This document shows positions 40,475 through 49,401 of a DNA stretch of 64,000 nucleotides, one piece after another. Under the pieces are notes generated by a model, which saw only the letters and a program-made list of their open reading frames with translations, had not been told where the DNA came from and did not search any database. Location of the stretch: NCBI GenBank assembly GCA_965222605.1, contig OZ244960.1, positions 1,824,001 to 1,888,000 of the forward strand. Reading direction: 5' to 3'. Source of the DNA: Candidatus Latescibacterota bacterium. Its GTDB lineage: Bacteria > Latescibacterota > UBA2968. The position numbers and the translations under genes were made by a program. Within the stretch, counting starts at the first letter, position 1. Every line of letters starts with the position of its first letter.

Positions 40475-41491
40475 TTACGCCTGACAGTCCAAAAGCACCT
40501 TCATCACCTCGCCACCCGCCACCATCTGTTCAAACCCTTTTGCCGCATCATCCAGCGGCAGCGTATCCGTAACCAGCGCCTTTACATCCACCGCGCCAGA
40601 TGCCGCCAATCGAATTGCCCGCTCAAAATCTATGGGTTCGTACACGCGACACGCCACCAGATGCAATTCCCGCCAAAAAAAACGCTGTAAATCCACAGGC
40701 GGTGGTTCAGCGTGTACCCCAACCAGCACAATAGTTCCGCGAACCCGTGCCAACTCTGTCATGGCCTTTGCACCGGGCGCACTCCCACTCACTTCAAACA
40801 CGAGGTCTGCGCCTGCACCCTCGGTCCAATCTTCTGTATATGCGATAAGATCTGTTTCCAATGGATTCACAATCTCAAAGCCCAATGCTTTTGCTTTTGC
40901 CAAACGAAAAGCATTCACTTCGGAAACCACCACCTCGGCCCCATCCAATCGCGCCGCCATTGCAACCAGCATCCCAATCGGGCCGCCGCCAATCACAATC
41001 GCGCGGTCACCCAATTCTACTTTGGCACGCCGAACATCGTGGACAGCGACTGCAAGCGGTTCAATAAGCGCGCCGGCATCGTCGTCCAGTGCATCTGGTA
41101 CGCGGTGCAGGCGATCGAGTGGTGCATTCCAAAAAGCCTGAAATGCACCTGCAGAATCAATACCCAAAAAATTTAGATTCTGACAAATATGCCGATGCCC
41201 TCGCCGGCAAGCCGCACACGCCCCACAGGCCACCGTGGGTTCAACCACCACGCGATCTCCCACTTTGAACTCGGTCTCTTTCGGAACATAGACAATTTCA
41301 CCGCACATCTCGTGCCCCATCACCAGAGGAATTTGTACCCGCTGATCCATATGCCCCTGATAAATATGCAAATCCGTGCCGCATAAACCCGCCCGCGCCA
41401 CCTTGATAAGCACCTCATCATCACCCGGTTTGGGTTCCTCAATATCGCGCAATTCAACCCGCTCAGGTCCCAGATAAACAGACGCTTTCAT
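40475..41491 (-). CDS. Zn-dependent sugar/sugar-acid dehydrogenase (MDR family)
   Basis: CGTDLH, GHE, C..C..C.......C and GGGPIG. Confidence 0.9.
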   Translation of the reverse strand: MKASVYLGPERVELRDIEEPKPGDDEVLIKVARAGLCGTDLHIYQGHMDQRVQIPLVMGHEMCGEIVYVPKETEFKVGDRVVVEPTVACGACAACRRGHRHICQNLNFLGIDSAGAFQAFWNAPLDRLHRVPDALDDDAGALIEPLAVAVHDVRRAKVELGDRAIVIGGGPIGMLVAMAARLDGAEVVVSEVNAFRLAKAKALGFEIVNPLETDLIAYTEDWTEGAGADLVFEVSGSAPGAKAMTELARVRGTIVLVGVHAEPPPVDLQRFFWRELHLVACRVYEPIDFERAIRLAASGAVDVKALVTDTLPLDDAAKGFEQMVAGGEVMKVLLDCQA

Positions 41492-41661
41492 CACACCTCC
41501 ACAATAACCCTTGAAATTCAAGGCTTTGTAATGTATAATTTACATCAAGTCAAATCGCCACTATATCAGAGCCGATCGGAAAATCAAAACCGGTCGGCAT
41601 TTATGATACCGAACAGAAATCAAAGAGTCAACCCAAAGCATTCAGGATCTTTTCATTCTCC

Positions 41662-44511
41662 ATGTCCATTCTCCACACCTTCATAGCTCTCGACCTCGAA
41701 ACCACGGGTCTGAATCCAAAAGAAGCCGAAATAATCGAAATCGGTGCTGTCAAAGTCAAAGACGGCGAAATTATCGATCACTTTCAGACTTATGTGCGCC
41801 CAAAAATGGGGGTGCCCGAAGAAACAACGCACCTGACGGGCATAGCATTCAAAGACGTGAGAAATGCACCCCGCATCAACGCGGCAATCGAAAACTTTAT
41901 GACCTTTGCCGGCGACCAGCCCCTCATCGTACACCAGGGTCGATTTGAAACCCGCTTTTTATCTGAAGCCTCTGGCCTGCCCTTTGGCAACAACATACAC
42001 AGCGTGCGCGATCTCGCCCGCGTTGCCTTGCCCAGTTTATCCGATCATCGGACGAATACGCTTGCAGACTTTTTTCAAGTCGAATCCCGATCAGCGCACA
42101 AAGCACTTTGCGACGCCGAGCAACTCGCAGGCATATACTCGGGCGTCGTCGGGGTCTTGCGCGACACCTCATTCCGCACCAAACAACAAATACTCCAGCT
42201 TTTGCAAGGCACAAATAACGCCTTGCTCAATATTTTTGTCGATCTGGGCAATGAAGCGGCCAAAAGCGAATTTATGAGCCGCATTCGCGGTGGCGGGGCA
42301 GATGGCCTCCCCCTCTCCAATGTGGGCGGTGAAGAACCCCGAACGGAAGCAGAGAACAGCGAGCTCCTCGACATCGACATGCTCTGCACCCTGTTTGAAT
42401 CCGGCGGCACCTTTGACCGACAAACCGAAGGATATGAAGTTCGCACCGAACAAATCGAAATGGTGCGCGCCATTGCCGATGCCTTCAACAACAACCATCT
42501 CCTCGTCGCTGAAGCGGGCACAGGCGTGGGCAAATCCATGGCCTATCTCACCCCGGCCATTCACCACGCCGCACAAAATGGCCGCCGCATCATTGTTTCC
42601 ACCAATACCAAAAATCTTCAGGAACAATTGTTTTTCAAAGACCTGCCCCACCTCGAACGCACTCTGAATGTACCCTTCAGCTATGTCCTGCTCAAAGGTC
42701 GCAGCAACTATATATGCCTCAATCGGTGGCATGCAGCACTCGCCAATGTAGATACCTTCTTTACCGAAGACGAGCGCGCCGGAGCCTTATTCCTCGTTAT
42801 ATGGGCAGAACAAACGCAAACCGGCGATATTTCGGAAAACAATGGCTTTGATATGCGTCGTCATGCCGGTCTGTGGGCAAAAGTGTGTTCCGACTCGGGT
42901 TATTGCCGCTCGCAAAAATGCCGCACCAACGGGCAGTGTTTTGCCAACACCGTGCGCCGCTCTGCCCAAAAAGCACATATCGTGGTTGTCAATCACTCCC
43001 TGCTTTTTTCCGACATCGTCTCGGAAAATGCCGTGCTGGGCGAATACGAAGACCTCATCTTGGACGAAGCCCACAACATCGAAAAAATTGCCGCACAATA
43101 TTTGGGACGCGAACTCAATATATGGCACGTCAAAAATTTTTCCGATCAACTGCGCAGTCCGGGCTTTCACAGCACCGGCACCCTGCCCGCATTGCGCCAC
43201 TGGATCGGTGTAGCCGATCTCAAAGACAATATCTTTGCCACCTTTGACAAAGGCATTGGGCGGGCTGTGAACGCCGCCGAAGACATCTATCTCAAAGCGC
43301 AGATCTTCTTTCAAGATCTCACGGAATTTTTGTACGGCAAACAGGGCAGTCGCAAATTTTACTACACGCCAAAAGAGCGCTATCGTCCGGGTGAAAATAC
43401 GTTTGAAGCAGTTAGAGAAAGCCTTGAGGACTTTGCCGAAGCGGGTTCAGAACTCAACAGCAGCTTAAAAAATCTGTGTGATTGGCTCAAGGACTTGCCC
43501 GACGACACCTTTCCCAACCAGGACGAACTCGTCAGTGAACTCGACGGACGCACACAGGAATGCAGCGACCTGATCGCAACCCTCAACCACTTGACCCATC
43601 CCGAAGACGAACAATGCGTTTACTGGTTCGAATTGCCAACCCGGGAAAACAGCAGTGACACGCGCCTGTTTTCTGCGCCCCTGCACGTCGCCGATGTATT
43701 GCGCGAGGCACTCTACGACAAAATGCGCACCATCGTCTTCACATCTGCCACTCTGGGCATTCGCGGCAAACTCATCTACTTTCTTCAGCGCATGGGGCTC
43801 GACACCATGTCCGACGGTCGCGTGCAAACAAGTTGCCTTGGTTCGCCCTTTGACTACGATTTACAAACCCTTGTCTGCGTACCGCAATTTATGCCATCAC
43901 CCAAATCCCCCCATTTTCAACGCGCCGTTGACGATTTGCTGCGCCATCTCGCACGCGAAGTCGGACGGGGCACGCTGGCATTATTTACGTCCTACAGCAT
44001 GCTCAACCAGTCTTATGACGCACTCAAAAACGATCTATCGTCCGATGGTATCTTACTCCTGGGCCAGGGTATAGACGGTGCGCGCGGCAGCATTACCGAC
44101 CGCTTTAAGACCCATCGCCGCGCAATGCTTCTGGGCACCGACAGTTTCTGGGAAGGGGTAGATATCCCCGGTGAAGCCCTTGAAATACTGGGCATTATTC
44201 GCCTGCCTTTTGCCGTGCCCTCTGAACCCCTCGTTGCAGCGCACATGGAAGAACTCGAAAAACAGGGTAAAAATCCATTTTTACACTATTCTGTACCCGA
44301 AGCCATTCTCAAATTTCGCCAGGGTTTTGGCCGCCTGATTCGCAACAAATCCGACAGAGGTATTGTTATCGTCTTCGACAGTCGGGTTTTATCCACCTTT
44401 TATGGACGAGCCTTTCTCGAAGCATTGCCAGTTCAACATCGGGCGTTTCGAGCGCCAGACCATTTATTACAAACCATCAAAAGCTGGTTCGACAAAGTGA
44501 GCGCAGCGTGA
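41662..44511 (+). CDS. dinG: DinG family helicase with N-terminal DEDDh exonuclease domain
   Basis: DLETTG, EAGTGVGKS, DEAH, TSAT, SFWEGVD and QGFGRLIR. Confidence 0.93.
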   Translation: MSILHTFIALDLETTGLNPKEAEIIEIGAVKVKDGEIIDHFQTYVRPKMGVPEETTHLTGIAFKDVRNAPRINAAIENFMTFAGDQPLIVHQGRFETRFLSEASGLPFGNNIHSVRDLARVALPSLSDHRTNTLADFFQVESRSAHKALCDAEQLAGIYSGVVGVLRDTSFRTKQQILQLLQGTNNALLNIFVDLGNEAAKSEFMSRIRGGGADGLPLSNVGGEEPRTEAENSELLDIDMLCTLFESGGTFDRQTEGYEVRTEQIEMVRAIADAFNNNHLLVAEAGTGVGKSMAYLTPAIHHAAQNGRRIIVSTNTKNLQEQLFFKDLPHLERTLNVPFSYVLLKGRSNYICLNRWHAALANVDTFFTEDERAGALFLVIWAEQTQTGDISENNGFDMRRHAGLWAKVCSDSGYCRSQKCRTNGQCFANTVRRSAQKAHIVVVNHSLLFSDIVSENAVLGEYEDLILDEAHNIEKIAAQYLGRELNIWHVKNFSDQLRSPGFHSTGTLPALRHWIGVADLKDNIFATFDKGIGRAVNAAEDIYLKAQIFFQDLTEFLYGKQGSRKFYYTPKERYRPGENTFEAVRESLEDFAEAGSELNSSLKNLCDWLKDLPDDTFPNQDELVSELDGRTQECSDLIATLNHLTHPEDEQCVYWFELPTRENSSDTRLFSAPLHVADVLREALYDKMRTIVFTSATLGIRGKLIYFLQRMGLDTMSDGRVQTSCLGSPFDYDLQTLVCVPQFMPSPKSPHFQRAVDDLLRHLAREVGRGTLALFTSYSMLNQSYDALKNDLSSDGILLLGQGIDGARGSITDRFKTHRRAMLLGTDSFWEGVDIPGEALEILGIIRLPFAVPSEPLVAAHMEELEKQGKNPFLHYSVPEAILKFRQGFGRLIRNKSDRGIVIVFDSRVLSTFYGRAFLEALPVQHRAFRAPDHLLQTIKSWFDKVSAA

Positions 44512-45932
44512 ATACCAAACACCTGATTGCCATACGCGAGCCTCTGGGGAAATTGCTGGTACAAATTCCTCAGCGCTATCATCCGCTCGTCGGGCATGCC
44601 TATCACTTCGCCAATGCCAGCCATGAAGGCCAGGACCGCGACGCCGGGCAACCGTATATCACCCATCCCATTGGCGTAGCCCTCATTCTGGCTTCTGAAT
44701 TGGGCTTTGCACGCGACGCGGAAATGATGGCGGCGGCACTATTGCACGACGCCGTTGAAGATTCTGCCCTGGAACTCCACGACATTGAACCCACCTTTGG
44801 AAAAAATATTGCCACCCTCGTCAGCGGCGTTACAAAAGTAAGAGGATCACAAGCAAGCCGCACCACGCGGCGCATTGCCACCTTACAACATCTGTTCACC
44901 CATGCCAGACGAGACCCGCGCGTACTCATTCTCAAATTGGCTGACCGCATGTACAACATGCGTAGCCTCGACGGCATTGCAGAACTCGACAGGCGGCAAC
45001 GCATTGCGCGAGAAACCATTGATATATACGCGCCCCTATCGCACCTGTTGGGCATGGCCCGCATCCGCCGCGAACTTGAAGACAGCAGTCTTTTCTGCCT
45101 CAAACCTCGCATTGCAAATCAGATACAGACTACATTTAAAACAGAACCGACCGAACACCTCGTGAAATTTCAGGACAAAATTCGCAACTTGCTCAACGCC
45201 AATGGCGTGCGGACAAGTGTGCGCGTGCAACAGAAAAGTTTGAGCAGCATTTACCGCAAATTGCAACATCGCCCCCTCAATCAAATTCAGGACCGATACG
45301 CAATCGAAGTCATTGTCTCGCGTCGTCATCTATGTTATTTGACTTTGGGCATTTTGCACGAGCACTTCCTGCCCGTAATGGAGCGTTTCAAAGACTTTAT
45401 TGCCCTGCCCAAACGCAATGGCTATCAGGCTCTGCATACCCGTGTCCACCACAGGGACCAACGCTATGAACTCCACATTCAAACCCCTGCAATGCATCGC
45501 CTGGGTGAATTTGGCATCGCCGCATTGCGTGGAGATGTACAGCACGAAGAGCGCCGCACGCGCTGGTTGCACGATTTTGTCGATTGGTACGACCGCGCCG
45601 ACGCCACCCATCACCTGATGTCTGAACTCAAACGCATTCTCTTTACCCGAGAAATTGTCGCACTCACGCCCAGAGGTGATCCCTTTATTTTACCCGAAGA
45701 TGCGACTGTTGTCGATTTTGCCTTTGCTGTACATACCGACCTCGGCTTGCAATGCAAAGGAGGCCGTATCAACGGCGCGCGGGCTTATCCGTTCTCAAAA
45801 CTGACCTGGGGCGACACCGTTGAAATTGACACCGATCCGAACCAACATCCCAAAAAGAGTTGGGTCAGCCGCGTTAAAACCTACCGCGCTCGTCGTCACA
45901 TACAGCACTATTTCAATAGTCAATCTCAATAG
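44508..45932 (+). CDS. RelA/SpoT homologue (HD + degenerate SYNTH + TGS), short form
   Basis: PYITHP, LLHDAVED, KLADR, NGYQALHT and DFAFAVHT. GTGA overlap with dinG. Confidence 0.9.
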   Translation: MNTKHLIAIREPLGKLLVQIPQRYHPLVGHAYHFANASHEGQDRDAGQPYITHPIGVALILASELGFARDAEMMAAALLHDAVEDSALELHDIEPTFGKNIATLVSGVTKVRGSQASRTTRRIATLQHLFTHARRDPRVLILKLADRMYNMRSLDGIAELDRRQRIARETIDIYAPLSHLLGMARIRRELEDSSLFCLKPRIANQIQTTFKTEPTEHLVKFQDKIRNLLNANGVRTSVRVQQKSLSSIYRKLQHRPLNQIQDRYAIEVIVSRRHLCYLTLGILHEHFLPVMERFKDFIALPKRNGYQALHTRVHHRDQRYELHIQTPAMHRLGEFGIAALRGDVQHEERRTRWLHDFVDWYDRADATHHLMSELKRILFTREIVALTPRGDPFILPEDATVVDFAFAVHTDLGLQCKGGRINGARAYPFSKLTWGDTVEIDTDPNQHPKKSWVSRVKTYRARRHIQHYFNSQSQ

Positions 45933-45940
45933 TCAATTTC

Positions 45941-46258
45941 ATGCCTCGATTTCTTTTTTTTCTCGTCATCACCCTGATTTTCGCATGTTCGGGAACCAAT
46001 CCCGTTCTCGAAAGTCAAAAAATGAAGGTCTCACAAGCTCAAAAGGCACTGCGCGAAGAACGCATCCGTCTGCAAACCCTGCGCGACAGTCTGAAAAGCG
46101 AAATTCATCGCAATATCGCGCTGGGCATTCCAAAAGACCAGGCAGAAAAAATAGAACACACCCGCATCAAAATTCAGGAAACCATTGTCGCAGCATCGGA
46201 AAAAAATTTGGAGGCGCAACAAGCTCTACTCGATTCACTCACAAAATATTCCCCCTGA
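45941..46258 (+). CDS. Hypothetical coiled-coil lipoprotein
   Basis: Lipobox IFAC after a hydrophobic core. Confidence 0.7.
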   Translation: MPRFLFFLVITLIFACSGTNPVLESQKMKVSQAQKALREERIRLQTLRDSLKSEIHRNIALGIPKDQAEKIEHTRIKIQETIVAASEKNLEAQQALLDSLTKYSP

Positions 46259-46362
46259 GGCTTCGCACCCCGCAATATTAACTTGCTCTAATAGCACAAA
46301 TTTGTCATATTGCACTATATATAACAGCATCCCGAAAATTTACATCAAGAGGAGGAGCATCC

Positions 46363-47835
46363 GTGTCCAATCGCGAACACTTTCCTGTTGCGCCCAAACT
46401 TGCGTATGCATCCACGGGACTCGAACCGTATATCCCCTCGGCAGAACAGCCGTGGGATGAGCACCGGGCGGCACACCTCTTGCGGCGCACCCTGATTGGC
46501 CCAACGCCAAAAGAAATTGCAGAAGCCGTGCAAAGCACGCCAGAAGCCGTTGTAGATCGCCTTCTGGAAATGCCTTTTTTGCCCCCCAATCCACCCGATC
46601 GATGGGTCTATGACGATCCATTTCAAAAACCCAATCGAGATCAGCGCAAAATTGAGCGCGCGCGCGTTGACCAGACCCGCGCCTGGTGGATGGAACTCAT
46701 CGTCAATCAGGGGTTCTCAATTCAAGAGCGCATGGTGCTCTTCTGGCACGATCACTTTGCCACCCAGGCCAAAGATGTCAGACGCCCGCAGTGGATGTAT
46801 CTTCAAAATTTCCTGTTCCGCAAGCGTGCCGTCGGCAATTTTAAAACAATAGTTGAGGGCGTCACGCGCGATCCGGCCATGATCTACTACCTCGACAGCA
46901 ACACCAGCAGAGTGGGTAAGCCCAATGAAAATTACGCCCGAGAACTCATGGAATTATTCACCCTGGGCGAGGGCAGCACCTACACAGAACACGACATCGG
47001 AGAAGCGGCTCGCGCGCTCACAGGTTGGGTTGTCGTAGGCAAACAACCCGTTTTTAGAGAGAATCGGTTCGACAAAGGGCAGAAGACCTTCCTGGGGCAA
47101 ACCGGCAACTTCAATGAGCAAGACATTATCGACATCATTTTCCAGCAAGAAGGCACAGCCGAATTTATATGCGGCAAACTCTACCGCGAATTTGTCTATG
47201 AGCATCCAGACAAAGATGTCATCTTGGAACTCGCGCAAATCATGCGCGACAACAACTACGAAATCAAACCTGTGCTAAAGGCATTGTTCCTAAGTGCGCA
47301 CTTTTTCGATCCAGCTATCATCGGCGCCAAAATCAAGAATCCCGTCGAACTGGTCGCCGGCACAGCGCGCAGTCTCGGTTTCAAAGCTGGCAGAGGCAGG
47401 AGCATCAGTTCCGAGTACCTCGTTTACATCGCCCAGGTGCTCGGTCAGAAACTACTCGATCCTCCCAATGTGGCCGGGTGGCCGGGGTATCGGATATGGA
47501 TCAGCACGTCAACATTGCCCGAACGCCACAAAATGACCGACGAAATTGTCGATGCCAAACCGCGTAATCCCAACCGTTACACCATCCTCAATCCGGATAC
47601 CGTGGGATTCGTCAAGGCATTTCCCGAGCCCTACGACGCGGAAAAACTCGTTCGCGCCATGGGAGAATGTCTGACGGCCTTTCCAGTTGACGATTATCGC
47701 CGCGAAATGTTTTTGGAAACGCTCCTCGAAGGTGCCGATGTCTATGACTGGAATCCCGACGCGATTGCAGCACCCCGACGCATCAAGAACATTCTCAAAC
47801 TCATCTTTGAATTGCCCGACTATCAACTGAATTAG
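46363..47835 (+). CDS. DUF1800 family protein
   Basis: AHLLRR, FWHDHFAT and PNENYARELMELFTLG. Confidence 0.92.
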   Translation: MSNREHFPVAPKLAYASTGLEPYIPSAEQPWDEHRAAHLLRRTLIGPTPKEIAEAVQSTPEAVVDRLLEMPFLPPNPPDRWVYDDPFQKPNRDQRKIERARVDQTRAWWMELIVNQGFSIQERMVLFWHDHFATQAKDVRRPQWMYLQNFLFRKRAVGNFKTIVEGVTRDPAMIYYLDSNTSRVGKPNENYARELMELFTLGEGSTYTEHDIGEAARALTGWVVVGKQPVFRENRFDKGQKTFLGQTGNFNEQDIIDIIFQQEGTAEFICGKLYREFVYEHPDKDVILELAQIMRDNNYEIKPVLKALFLSAHFFDPAIIGAKIKNPVELVAGTARSLGFKAGRGRSISSEYLVYIAQVLGQKLLDPPNVAGWPGYRIWISTSTLPERHKMTDEIVDAKPRNPNRYTILNPDTVGFVKAFPEPYDAEKLVRAMGECLTAFPVDDYRREMFLETLLEGADVYDWNPDAIAAPRRIKNILKLIFELPDYQLN

Positions 47836-47895
47836 ACTTGAGGCCTGCCTGTTCTACCCCCGTCGGGTGGAAATAGCCTCCAGAAGGAGCTCGTT

Positions 47896-49317
47896 ATGAA
47901 CAGACGCGACTTTATGAAAAATGCGACCCGCGGTGGTGCCGGGTTTGCGCTGGGCGGTTTTATGACGCGGGCTTATGGGCGCGCCGAAGCTGTTGGCCCC
48001 CTGGCAGCCGCAGCCCTCAGCGAGACCGATCGCGTGCTCGTTATCATTCGCCTCAATGGCGGTAACGACGGCCTCAATACCCTGGTCAATTTTGAAAACG
48101 ATGCCTATTATCAGGCCCGCCCAAAAATCCACATCAAAAAAGAAGAAGCCCTCAGACTCACCCCAACACAGGGCCTGCACCCCCAACTCACCGGACTCAA
48201 AGAACTCTATGACGAAGGTCAGTTGATGGTCATGCAGGGCGTGGGATATCCCAATCCCAATCGATCGCACTTCCGCTCGACCGACATCTGGCTGACCGCA
48301 TCGGATTCCAACGAATTTCTAAGCGATGGTTGGCTGGGGCGCTATTTTGAATCCCAAACTCCGGGCTTCCCAGACATCCTGCCAGAACATCCTCTCGCAG
48401 TTGACATCGGCCCCGTACTTTCCCTTGCCCTGTTGGGCAAAAACGGTGCCATGGGCATTGCACTGCGCAACCCCAGACAATTTGTCTATCTCGTAGAGCG
48501 GGGCAACCAAATTATCGAAGACGGTAAAATCCCCTCACCGGCTGGATATGAACTCGACTTTATCCGCCGCATCAATTTTGAATCTCTGCAATACTCCTCA
48601 CAAGTCCAAGATGCCGCAAATAAAGGCGCGAACAGGGTTGAATACCCTGCCAATAATTCGCTCGCCAACCAACTCAGTCTGGTCTCGCGGTTGATCGCTG
48701 GTGGCTTACAATCCAAAGTGTATCTGGTCTCACTGGGCGGATTCGACACACACGCCAATCAGCTCAACCGCCACAACACCCTGATGAGATATCTCAACGG
48801 AGCAGTCACGGCTTTTGTGCAAGACCTGCGGCAACATCAATTGCAAGACCGCGTGCTCGGCATGAGCATTTCGGAATTTGGTCGTCGAACAAAAGAAAAC
48901 GGCAGCGCAGGCACCGATCACGGCACATCAGCGCCCATGTTCTTCTTCGGCCCATCGGTCAATGCGGGCATTGCAGGCCCACAGCCCAACTTTGAACGGG
49001 TTGACAGGCGCGGTGACTTTCACTACGATCAACACTTCCGCCATGTCTATGCCTCGGTGCTCAACCAGTGGTTTGACGTGCCAGAAAATGTTATCTCGAG
49101 TATCTTTTCATCCAATCCCTCGCACATTCCCATTCTCAGGCCAAAGCTCGATCTCGCCCAGGTTGACTTTAATGCCGACGGCAAACTCGACTTTACCGAC
49201 TTTCTCGAATTTGCACAGGCTTTCGGCAGCAACGAGTCCAAATTCGACTTAGACGGTGATGGCAAAGTTGGTTTTAGCGATTTCCTGAGATTTGTCGATG
49301 CCTACCGAAACCGTTAA
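47896..49317 (+). CDS. DUF1501 family Tat-exported protein with C-terminal double EF-hand/dockerin-like tail
   Basis: MNRRDF, GGNDGLNT, NRSHF, GFDTH, SEFGR and GTDHG, then DFNADGKLDFTDF...DLDGDGKVGFSDF. Confidence 0.92.
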   Translation: MNRRDFMKNATRGGAGFALGGFMTRAYGRAEAVGPLAAAALSETDRVLVIIRLNGGNDGLNTLVNFENDAYYQARPKIHIKKEEALRLTPTQGLHPQLTGLKELYDEGQLMVMQGVGYPNPNRSHFRSTDIWLTASDSNEFLSDGWLGRYFESQTPGFPDILPEHPLAVDIGPVLSLALLGKNGAMGIALRNPRQFVYLVERGNQIIEDGKIPSPAGYELDFIRRINFESLQYSSQVQDAANKGANRVEYPANNSLANQLSLVSRLIAGGLQSKVYLVSLGGFDTHANQLNRHNTLMRYLNGAVTAFVQDLRQHQLQDRVLGMSISEFGRRTKENGSAGTDHGTSAPMFFFGPSVNAGIAGPQPNFERVDRRGDFHYDQHFRHVYASVLNQWFDVPENVISSIFSSNPSHIPILRPKLDLAQVDFNADGKLDFTDFLEFAQAFGSNESKFDLDGDGKVGFSDFLRFVDAYRNR

Positions 49318-49338
49318 GCATTCAGTATCGTCTGAAAC

Positions 49339-49371
49339 TAAAAAAGCCCCGGTCACACACCGGGGCTTTTT
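49339..49371 (+). terminator. Intrinsic terminator
   Basis: AAAAAGCCCCGGT-cacac-ACCGGGGCTTTTT. Confidence 0.85.
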
Positions 49372-49401
49372 ACTAATGGGCAACAGAGACGAGGCAAAAC
49401 C

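Noticed and set aside
46363-49317. DUF1800-DUF1501 adjacency as a novel system
   Set aside because: This is a well-known widespread gene pair. Only the C-terminal tag is notable.
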